From assembly GCA_963834305.1 (NCBI GenBank), contig CAWIAX010000003.1, positions 53 through 64,052 of the forward strand: DNA of 64,000 nucleotides, given 5' to 3'. Origin of the DNA: an uncultured Acidobacteriota bacterium (GTDB taxonomy: Bacteria > Acidobacteriota > Vicinamibacteria > Vicinamibacterales > 2-12-FULL-66-21). Each line of letters opens with the position of its first letter. The first letter of the stretch is position 1. Made by a program: the position numbers and the translations under genes. This document shows, in pieces, positions 43,328 through 51,800 of this stretch. A model generated the notes under the pieces. The model had not been told where the DNA came from and ran no database searches. It saw only the letters and a list, made by a program, of their open reading frames with translations.

Positions 43328-43837
43328 ATGGTCAAGTCGATGCTCGGGATATGCGGCCTGGCGGGTGTGATCCTGGCGGCCGCTGCCGGCTCCGCGGCGC
43401 AGCAGGCGCCCGCGGCGCCGGCGCTGTCCGGCCAGGGGATGCCCGATGGACCTGGCAAGGACGAGATGGTGCGGGCGTGCGCCCCCTGCCACGAGGCGCG
43501 CCGGGCGGCATCGGTCCGGCTCACGCGCGAGGGCTGGGTCGCCGTGATCGAGGACATGAAACGGCGCGGCGCCAAGGTCCCGGACGACGAGTTCCCGGTG
43601 ATCGTCCAGTACCTGTCCACGCACTTCCTGGGGGAGGCGTTGCAGCCGCTCAACTTGAACACGGCGTCGCAGATCGACCTCGAAGCGGCCGGCGGGCTGC
43701 TGCGGCGCGAGGCCGCCGCGGTCATCAAGTATCGCGATCAGCACGGCCGGTTCAAGACCGTGGACGATCTGAAGAATGTGCCGGGGCTCGATTTCACGAA
43801 GATCGAGAGGCGGCGCGACGCGGTGGTGGTGATGTAG
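43328..43837 (+). CDS. Exported monoheme cytochrome c fused to a ComEA-type helix-hairpin-helix domain
   Basis: Signal peptide, CAPCH heme motif, W...DM..RGA distal Met region, then LNLNTAS...YRDQHGRFKTVDDLKNVPGL; -10 TATGAT at 43306-43311. Confidence 0.85.
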   Translation: MVKSMLGICGLAGVILAAAAGSAAQQAPAAPALSGQGMPDGPGKDEMVRACAPCHEARRAASVRLTREGWVAVIEDMKRRGAKVPDDEFPVIVQYLSTHFLGEALQPLNLNTASQIDLEAAGGLLRREAAAVIKYRDQHGRFKTVDDLKNVPGLDFTKIERRRDAVVVM

Positions 43838-43885
43838 CCGGCGCGGCGCGTCCGGGCCACGCGGCGAAGCGGCGGGCGGGCCGGC

Positions 43886-45169
43886 TTACTTGCGGCGCTC
43901 GCCCACCACCCACAGATTGGCGTCGGTCTTGACGAACAACTGGCCCTGCGACACCGCGATCGAGGCGAGGCAATATGGCGCGCACGGATCGCCGAAGGTG
44001 TTGGAGGCGAGGATCTCGAACTTGGGGCCAGCCTTGAAGACCGTCGTGACGCCGGTGGTTTCACCGGTGACATAGATCTTGCCGTCGGCCAGCACCGGCG
44101 ACGAGCTGTAGAAGTCGTTGGGAATGCGTTCGGGCCCGTACACCAGCTGTCCCGTCTGCAGCTCCAGGGTGTAGACCACCCCCTGTTCGCTGACGAGATA
44201 CAGATACTTGCCGTCGCTGACCGGCGACGGCACGTCGGGGCCGCGATGGAACGTCCAGGCCACGTGCGTCTGCGCGACGTCGCCGCTGCCGCCGGGACGC
44301 AGCGCCACTAGCGGATTGACGCGGGTCGGCGCGATGATCAGGCCACCCGCCACGATCGGCGACGAGATGATCCGGTAGTTGCGGCTGCGGCTCGGGTTGA
44401 GCACATCGGCCCGCCACAGTTCCTTGCCAGTCGCCGGGTCGTGCCCGGTCACCAGGTCGCCGCCGGTCGTCACGATCTCGGTCTTGCCCTCGTACTGCAG
44501 CAGCGCGGGAGTCGAATACGAGTCGGGCGATTCGTGCAGCGCCTCGGTCGGCCGCTCGGTGCGCCACAGCGTCTTGCCCGTCAGCGTATCGATCTTGAGA
44601 ACGTACGACGGATCGTCGGTGAACAGCCCGTGCAGGACCTGCAGGTAGAGCGCCCCCTCGTGCAGCAGCGGCGAGGAGGCGTAGCCGAACTGGATGCCGA
44701 ACGCGCCATAGTCTTTCGGCAGGTCGCGCGACCACAGCTCCTTCCCGGCGAAGTCGAACCCCTTCAGGATGCCGGTGCCGGTGATCACCCAGACGTGCTT
44801 GCCGTCGGTGACCGGCGAGGGGGACGACATGTTCTGCTTGCGCCCGCGCTTGTTGGCGCCGGCCAGCGGCCGCTTCCAGGCCACCGCCCGCTTGCTGCGA
44901 TCGACGGCCCACAGCTCGACCGCCCCCGTATCCGCCTCGGTGGCCACGTTCAGGAAGATCGTGTCGTTCCAGATGATCGGCGTCGAACCGCTGAAGGCAG
45001 GGAGCGGCAGCTTCCAGGCGACGTTCTCCGTCGCGCTCCAGGTTGTCGGCAGGCCGCTCTCGGTGCTGACGCCGTTCATGGACGGCCCGCGCCAGTGCGG
45101 CCAGTTCTCGGCCACGAGCGTGGCGCCAACGAGCGAGAGGAGGACGAGGGTCAGGGCGGGTCTGCGCAT
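43886..45169 (-). CDS. Exported PQQ-binding-like/BamB-family beta-propeller (NWPHWRGP type)
   Basis: ENWPHWRGP, SSPSPVTDG, GYASSP, YSTP, PSPV, SSPVLADGKIY. Confidence 0.9.
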   Translation of the reverse strand: MRRPALTLVLLSLVGATLVAENWPHWRGPSMNGVSTESGLPTTWSATENVAWKLPLPAFSGSTPIIWNDTIFLNVATEADTGAVELWAVDRSKRAVAWKRPLAGANKRGRKQNMSSPSPVTDGKHVWVITGTGILKGFDFAGKELWSRDLPKDYGAFGIQFGYASSPLLHEGALYLQVLHGLFTDDPSYVLKIDTLTGKTLWRTERPTEALHESPDSYSTPALLQYEGKTEIVTTGGDLVTGHDPATGKELWRADVLNPSRSRNYRIISSPIVAGGLIIAPTRVNPLVALRPGGSGDVAQTHVAWTFHRGPDVPSPVSDGKYLYLVSEQGVVYTLELQTGQLVYGPERIPNDFYSSSPVLADGKIYVTGETTGVTTVFKAGPKFEILASNTFGDPCAPYCLASIAVSQGQLFVKTDANLWVVGERRK

Positions 45170-45199
45170 GGGTCAGTGTAAACCGGGAGAGCGTTGGAC

Positions 45200-45261
45200 G
45201 GGGTTCAAGGTGCAGGGTGGGCTGGGTGCAGGGTGCAGGGTGCAGGGTTCAGGGTGCAGGG
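45200..45261. repeat. Heptanucleotide tandem repeat (GGGTGCA)n, about 8 imperfect units
   Basis: gggttca-aggtgca-gggtgggct-gggtgca-gggtgca-gggtgca-gggttca-gggtgca in a divergent intergenic region. Confidence 0.85.
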
Positions 45262-45364
45262 GCGCTGCGCGCGTCCCGGGCGATAGGCGACGCCGCGCCA
45301 CGTAGCACGGCGGTGAGCCGGAATCACCGCCTTCTGCACATTACACGGCGAGGACGGGATCGCC

Positions 45365-45958
45365 ATGGTCATGACGCGGATACGGGGCATCGGGCGCGGC
45401 GGCGGGCTGATCGTGCTGGGGCTCGCGCTGGCAGCCCCTGGCGCCGACGCGCAGGAACGGACGGGGCCGCCATTGCCGGACCGCCGGCTGAGTCTCGAGG
45501 CCGCAGCCGGGCCGCAAGTCTCCTATGTCGGCAGCACGTTTTCGGCCGCGTTCGGGTTCGCGCCCGTACGCCGCCTCACGCTCCTCGCCAGCGTGGAACG
45601 GTCGCACATTCGCGACGAGATCAATCAGTATGCGGACGGCTACAGCTTCGAGCGCGGCGGCACGGAGGTGTTCGTCAGCGGCGAGCTGCGCTACACGTTC
45701 CTGGCCGACAGGCGTGTGTCACCCTATGTGGTGGGCGGCGCCGGCCGCGGCATCTCCCGGCCGAGCGTCAACCAATTCTTTCCGCGTCCCAACGAGCGGC
45801 ACATCCAGGTCCTCTTCTACGGCGCGGGCGTGCGCATGCCGCTCGGGCAGCGGTTCGACCTGTTCGCTGATGCCCGGTTCCTCCTGGCGGTCGAGGCCTC
45901 GTCGGACTTCCTGGGCGTCCGCTTTCCCGTGCGCGGCGGGATCGCCTGGCGCTTCTGA
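45365..45958 (+). CDS. Small outer-membrane beta-barrel protein (OmpA/OMP_b-brl-like)
   Basis: Signal peptide, alternating amphipathic strands, VSPYVVGGAG, C-terminal GGIAWRF. Confidence 0.78.
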   Translation: MVMTRIRGIGRGGGLIVLGLALAAPGADAQERTGPPLPDRRLSLEAAAGPQVSYVGSTFSAAFGFAPVRRLTLLASVERSHIRDEINQYADGYSFERGGTEVFVSGELRYTFLADRRVSPYVVGGAGRGISRPSVNQFFPRPNERHIQVLFYGAGVRMPLGQRFDLFADARFLLAVEASSDFLGVRFPVRGGIAWRF

Positions 45959-46102
45959 TCCCGAGACCTCTCCACGACGACCGAGCCGGGCGCTGACTGG
46001 CTGTCCGTGGTGACGACGGCGACTTGCTCGGTCACACCGTACTCGGTCTCCATGGAACAATAGGTTCCTCGTCAACTGGAGGCCACGCCCTTCACCCACC
46101 TA

Positions 46103-46148
46103 CGGGGACGACAGCCGGGACGGCCCGGCCCTTTCGGAAGGAGGGCCG
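46103..46148 (+). ncRNA. Guanidine-II (mini-ykkC)-like riboswitch with an SD-sequestering hairpin
   Basis: ACGA loop at 46108-46111 and perfect hairpin GCCGGG-ACGG-CCCGGC (46114-46129) just before an SMR gene; CGGCCCT/AGGGCCG can mask the AAGGAGG SD. Confidence 0.6.
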
Positions 46149-46150
46149 AG

Positions 46151-46471
46151 ATGGCCTGGACGTTCCTGCTCGCCGCCGGTCTCTTAGAGATTGTCTGGGC
46201 CTTCACGATGAAGCTCTCGCAGGGCTTCACGCGTGGGTGGCCCACCGCTGTCACCATCATCGCGATGCTCGCGAGCTTTGCCCTGCTGTCGATCGCGATG
46301 AAGACCCTCCCGCTCGGCACGGCCTACACCGTCTGGACCGGCATCGGTGCCGTCGGGGCCTTCGTTGTCGGCGTGGTGGTCCTTGGCGAGCCCGCGACGA
46401 TTGGGCGCGTCCTTGCCGCGGTGCTGATCGTGGCCGGCCTGGCGCTCATGAAGCTGACTGCGCAGCCGTGA
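46151..46471 (+). CDS. sugE: SMR family exporter, Gdx/SugE type (guanidinium exporter)
   Basis: MAW..L..AGLLEIVWA, K...GFTR, LPLGTAYTVWTGIGAVG; 4 TM helices, 106 aa. Confidence 0.88.
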   Translation: MAWTFLLAAGLLEIVWAFTMKLSQGFTRGWPTAVTIIAMLASFALLSIAMKTLPLGTAYTVWTGIGAVGAFVVGVVVLGEPATIGRVLAAVLIVAGLALMKLTAQP

Positions 46472-46517
46472 GCAGACGAACCGGGTAAGATGAGCCCTCT
46501 CAACGAGGAGCTGGACT

Positions 46518-47420
46518 ATGGCGCGCAGGAAGTCGTGTGACGGGATCGACCGGCGATCGTTCCTCAGCGGCGTCGGCCGCGCCGCCGCCGGGGGACTGAC
46601 TGCCGGCGCCATCATGCCGCCCGCCTGGGCCTGGGCCCGGCAGGCGAAGCCAACGCACCCGGCCTCCGCCCGCATCGTCCAGCGGCTCAGCACAACCTTC
46701 ACGTTCCAGATGTCGGTCGACGTTGCCACCATCAAGCAGGGCCTGGCGGTTGCAGGCGCGGCGCTGGCTGGCGGCATTACCATCGTGGAAATGGGGACGC
46801 CGCTGCTCAAGAACGAAGGGGTCTCCAACGTGGTGCCCGCCTTCCGCCGGCAATTTCCGGAGGCGCTCCTGCTGGCGGACATGAAGACCATGGACGGCGG
46901 GGCCTCCGAGGCGCGCGGCGTCTACGCGGGGGGCGGCAACATCATTGATTTCCTGGCGCTCGCCGGCGTAGACACGGCGAGGTCGATTTGCGCCGTGCGG
47001 GACGAGTTCCGCCGCGACGGTACCGGCCTGCCGCGGCTGGCCTTTGCCGACATCCTCGTGCCGCACCAGGGCCCGGCGGCGCAGGCCGTCGAGACCGCGC
47101 TGCGCATGATCGACGCGGGGGTTGACGGGGTCGGCGTGCACCTGCAGTCCGACGCGCGGCGCGCCGATCCGAAACTGATTGAGAGCGACTATCTCGGGGA
47201 CGTGGCGCGCGCCGTCTTCGCGCGCGTCGGCAAGACCGCGCCGGTGCAGGTGGTTGGCGGGCTCAACACCGCGCAGGCGAAACGCCTCGCCGGGGCGGGG
47301 CTGCGCGCCTTCGTCATCAGCGGCAATCTCGGCCAGCCGGATACCCGCTCCCGCTACGACCTGCCGCCGGACCAGATCCAGCGCCACGTCGCCGAGTTCA
47401 TCGCCGGGGTCTCGACGTAA
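46518..47420 (+). CDS. HPS/KGPDC (orotidine-5'-phosphate decarboxylase superfamily) protein with Tat signal
   Basis: DRRSFL leader; QMSVD, EMGTPLLKNEG, ADMKTMD (DxKxxD), VHLQSD, VVGG. Confidence 0.8.
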   Translation: MARRKSCDGIDRRSFLSGVGRAAAGGLTAGAIMPPAWAWARQAKPTHPASARIVQRLSTTFTFQMSVDVATIKQGLAVAGAALAGGITIVEMGTPLLKNEGVSNVVPAFRRQFPEALLLADMKTMDGGASEARGVYAGGGNIIDFLALAGVDTARSICAVRDEFRRDGTGLPRLAFADILVPHQGPAAQAVETALRMIDAGVDGVGVHLQSDARRADPKLIESDYLGDVARAVFARVGKTAPVQVVGGLNTAQAKRLAGAGLRAFVISGNLGQPDTRSRYDLPPDQIQRHVAEFIAGVST

Positions 47421-47444
47421 GTCAGACGCGCCTTGACAGCGCGG

Positions 47445-48827
47445 CTACCGCCTCAGGTCGTCGGCCCCTCGGGATCGAATCACCGCCGCCGCGACGCACG
47501 CTTTCACATGCGTGCTGGGCGAATCGCCAACAGCACTCGTGAGAGGGTCAAGGATTTCCAACGCGGCCTGGCGGTCCCCGCTCGCGTGCAGCGCGAGCGC
47601 TCTCTGCACGAGCAGCGATCCTCGCGTGTCCGGGTCGGGACGCGCGAGCAGGCCGCGCTCGATCGCGGCGAGCTTGCCAGGCGGATCCTCGAGGAAGCTG
47701 GCGTGCAGCGCCCATGCCGGCGCATGGGACGGAAACTGTACGACCAGCTGTTGAACGACGTGGCATTGCTCGTCGGCGGGCATGTGCTCCAGCATCGCGA
47801 ACGCCGCGTACAGTCCGGCAGGGAACTCGCCGGCAGCTTCTCGTGTCAACAGGTCAGCCGCTGTGGCGGCGGTGAAGTACCCGAGCGGAGACAATTCGAG
47901 CGTCTTGCGGTAGTCGGCGAGGGCAGCATCGAACTCGTGCTTGAGCAAGCGCGCAAAGGCCCGGTCGTACACCGGGTACGGCCATGACGGATCGAGGTCG
48001 GCAGCCTTCGTGAAGAGCGCGATCGCGGTGTCGTGATTCCCATTCTGTCCGGCGGCACAGCCTTCTTCGTGCAGCCGCTGCGCCTCCGGGTGCACGGGCC
48101 TGTCATCTCGAATCTGCCACGTGCACCGTCCCGAATTGCCGGGCAGCTCTTCGGGCAGGAGTGTTCGCCCGTCCGAATCCCTGAAGACGATGGTGAAGCG
48201 GTGGCCGCCCCCCGGGTCGGCAATCTTGCAGCTGCCAATCGCCTCCAGGTTCTGGATGTATACCTTCACGCCCTCCTCATCGCCGGATTCCCGGCAGATC
48301 TCCAGGGCTTCACGGGTGACGCGAACCGCCTCGGGCGTATTCCCTACCTTGTTGAGCGCGATTCCGAGGCTGCCGAGACACCGGGCGCGGTAATGACTCG
48401 CACCGGGTCCGGTCGTGGTGGCGATGTTGTCGAGCGTCGCACGCAGTAGCACAACCGCCTCGGCAGCCTGTCCGCTTTCCGTCATCCGCGGCGCCCGCTC
48501 CAGAGCATCGTTCCATTGGGTGAGAGGAGTCTCGCGACCCTTGCCTTCGAGCCAGGCGAGCAGCGAGGCGTCGCCGGACTCCTTGAAGACCCTTGCGATT
48601 GTTACGAGAGTTTTCAAGTACCGGCTCAGCGCGACCGCATCGCCGCGGAGCGATTCCGGAGCCTCGGTCCAGGAGGAAAATTCGCTCCTGATCCGGCCGC
48701 TGTTGTCGTTGATGAGCCGCATCGCCCGCTCATGGTCCTGGCGCTCGAACGCGTCGAGGAGCGCGGCGCGCAGGTCGTCGGGACGTGAGGAAGTGGAGCG
48801 GGATCGAAGCCAGTCCGAGATACCCAT
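47445..48827 (-). CDS. Tetratricopeptide repeat protein
   Basis: TPR-like helices (ARCLGSLGIAL, AIALFTKAADLDPSWPYPVYDRA, ALADYRKTLELSP); AAGGAG SD before ATG 48827. Confidence 0.75.
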   Translation of the reverse strand: MGISDWLRSRSTSSRPDDLRAALLDAFERQDHERAMRLINDNSGRIRSEFSSWTEAPESLRGDAVALSRYLKTLVTIARVFKESGDASLLAWLEGKGRETPLTQWNDALERAPRMTESGQAAEAVVLLRATLDNIATTTGPGASHYRARCLGSLGIALNKVGNTPEAVRVTREALEICRESGDEEGVKVYIQNLEAIGSCKIADPGGGHRFTIVFRDSDGRTLLPEELPGNSGRCTWQIRDDRPVHPEAQRLHEEGCAAGQNGNHDTAIALFTKAADLDPSWPYPVYDRAFARLLKHEFDAALADYRKTLELSPLGYFTAATAADLLTREAAGEFPAGLYAAFAMLEHMPADEQCHVVQQLVVQFPSHAPAWALHASFLEDPPGKLAAIERGLLARPDPDTRGSLLVQRALALHASGDRQAALEILDPLTSAVGDSPSTHVKACVAAAVIRSRGADDLRR

Positions 48828-48887
48828 CAGGGCCACTCCTTGGTGGGACAACGTCGAATCGGCCACCGCGGTCTGTCCGCGCCCAGG

Positions 48888-51800
48888 CTACGTCACGAAG
48901 GCTTCGTTCCGGAACAGTCCCGCGAACAGTTGCCGCAGCAGCTCTGGCCGTTCCGAGGTCAGCGCCAGGAGGTCGTCGCGATCGAGCCTCAGGGCCACAC
49001 CATCCCGGACGACGGTCGCCGACCGGCCCAGGCTCCGCCCGGCCATCATGCTCATCGAGCCGATGACGTCCCCTCCGGCTGCGGTGACCGGCGGCGCGCC
49101 AGAGGGGCTGACGAGGACGACTTCACCCGACAGCAGCAGCCACACCGCCGCGGGCGACGACGCCGCGAAGAGCGCGCTCCCGGCCGTCATCGCGACGATC
49201 TGAGCGGCGTCGGCGAGGTGGCGCATCTCCTCGGCAGAGACCCGCGAGAATGCGGGGACGCGCTGCAGAGCGAAGACTTTCTCCACCGGCGCGAGCCCAT
49301 CCGCCGGGAGGGCGTCCAGATCCGCGGCCGCCGCCGTGTGCTGCACCGGCGCATCGGCGTCCTCCCCGCGCTTCGCCAGCGTCGTGAAGAGCCCGATGAC
49401 GAGGTCGGTGTTCTCCGAGAGCAGCGTGCGCAACTCCTCGACCGTCAGCGCCAGCGTGACCGCCCCGTCCATCGTTCGCAGCGCGTCGCGCATCGCGGTT
49501 CCCGCCAGCGCCTCGGAGAATCCGAGCGCCATGGGCGGATCGAGCCGCCGCGGCGCGCCCTCGCGGCTGGACGCGACGACGGCGCCGTCGAGCAGCAAAT
49601 GAATGCTCTCGGGCACGGCCCCTTCCTGCAGGAGCACGCTGCCCGTCTCGTGCTGCACCTGCCGGCTCGCGCCAGCCAGGCGGAACAGCTCGTCGACGCT
49701 GAGCGAGGCGAACAACGGCAGCTGCCTGAGACGGGCTGCGAGCTCCGCCGCGGGGAGCGGCTCGTGCCAGAGCTCCCGGCGACGCTCCGCCGGCATGCGG
49801 CGTTCGGCCAGCGCCCAGGAGGCGGACTCGAACACGTACCAGTCGCGCGCGTCCCGGTGCGCGAGCACGTGCTCGAGGTCGTCGGCGAGCGACCACATCT
49901 TCCGCTGGCGGACGAGGTCGATGGCGGCGGCGGCGACGACCTGGTCGTCGTCATTGATCAGCTGCAGGAGCGTTCCCTCGACGTCCCGCGGGCGCGTCTT
50001 GAGCAGGACGTTGCCCCGGCGGACCTTGTCCTCGATCGGCTGGTCTTCCAGGACCGGCAGGATCTGCTTCCGGAGGGGTCCGGTCAGGAGGTTGTCGAGG
50101 TACTCGAGCGCGCTGGCGCGGCTTCGCGAATCGCCGCGCCGCAGCGTGTCACGTGCCGCGAGGATGTCCTGCCACGGATACACCAGACTGAGGAGGCGGA
50201 AGATGCGGTCCCTGATGCGATCCAGCTTCTGATCCAGCGCCAGCTCGAGGAGCGAATCGGGCGGCAGCGTCCTCTTGCCGAACAGGTTGTCGCGCAGCGA
50301 CAGGTAGTTGAAGAACTGGCGTCCCTCTGACAGCGCCAGCCGCTCGATCTGCTCGCGCGGGAAGGCCAGGCCATCGGCGTCGCGACGGAGCCGCTCCAGC
50401 GCGGCCACGACCTTGTAGCGGAGGAAGCCGTCGGGATCGCCAAGGGCGGCCCCCAGCGCGTCCACCGACTGCTGGCTGGGGATGAGCGCCAGGGTGGCCG
50501 GGATGTGGCGCCGCACCCAGCTGTCTTCCTCCGGTTCCCGCAGGAAGTGCGCGAGCACGCCGATCACCGGATCGCCGTAGCTGACCAGGACCGAGCGCGC
50601 CTGCCCCTTGAGCCGGCGGTGCCGCAGGAGCGCGACGAGCGTCGGGACGAAGACGACGTCACCCGTGCCCGCCGCGCGGACGCTCGCCATCGCCTCGTCG
50701 GCCACGTCGGGCGAGGGATCGTAGAGCAGCGGAATCAGGAGGCGGCGGAAGCGGGGAGCGGCCGCCTGGCGAATCGCCACCGCGGCATCGCGGCGCGCCT
50801 CGCGCGCCCCGCTGGACGTGTCTGCGATGACGTCCACCAGCGCGGCCTCCGCCGCGTTCAGATCGTCATCGTCTCCACTCGCGGCGAGCGCGGCCGCCGC
50901 GGTGACCCGAATCCGCGGATTCCCGTCCGAGAGCATGGGGCGCGCGAGCGTGGCGGCGTCTTCCTGGCTGATGGCGCTGAGCGCGCAGATGGCCGCCGCG
51001 CGCACCCCGGCATCGGCGTCACCCACCATGCGGCGGATGTGCGGCGCCCACCGCGCGGCGATGTCCGGCCGGGCGGCGCCGAGCGCCGCCAGCGCGCGCG
51101 CCCGGACGGCGGCGGCCGCGTGATAGAGGAGGAGCGGCGTCACGAGGTTCCGCTTGTCGAGCGATTCCAGCACGTCGATCGCGTAGACGACGCGCGCCGG
51201 ATCGGGATGCGCCAGCTCCTGGACGAGAGCCTCCACCGTCGAGAGCTCTGAGCCGCTCAGGCGGACCTCTTCGGGCCTGACCACGCGCTGCTCGATGCTG
51301 CGGCGGAAGGACGCCAGGTACTCACGCTTGGCCCGGAACGCCATCACGTACCACACCGCGGCGAGGCCGAAGCTGACATAGCTCAGTTGATACCACTGGA
51401 GCGCGACCCCCCACGGCTGGATGAGGACGAGCATCAGCAGCGCGCCGAACCCACGCGACAGCCGATCGACGGTGACGTCCACGAACGGCTTCACCTCCTG
51501 CCGGAGCTGCGACGGCAGCGGGAGAAACAGCACTTCGCGCGTGGTCTTGTCGACGGTGTAGCGGAACGAGCGATCGAGGACGCTCGACAGCGACGGCGCC
51601 CACAACGCCTGGTTCAGGAGGATGAGCCCGGCGGTCAGCCCCAGATTCGTCGGCAGGATGAGCAGCGCGAACCCGATGCCGAGATAGCGGTGGATGCGGG
51701 GGGTGATCCACACCTGGATCACGAACGCCGCCGCCGAGATGTAGAAACGGATCTGGGCCAGGAAGGCGCCGACCGAATCCTCCTGCCCCGCGCCGCGGAA

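Noticed and set aside
43328-43837. Photosystem II PsbV/PsbU or a competence locus
   Set aside because: Fold-level resemblance only; no photosynthesis or com/pilus genes in the window
46060-46125. Guanidine-I (ykkC-yxkD) riboswitch
   Set aside because: Only a loose resemblance (GGGAC...AGCCGGGA); the conserved P1 elements are missing and the ACGR hairpins fit guanidine-II better
46518-47420. Evidence for RuMP formaldehyde fixation or methylotrophy
   Set aside because: No phosphohexuloisomerase or methanol dehydrogenase genes in the window, and the protein has a Tat leader
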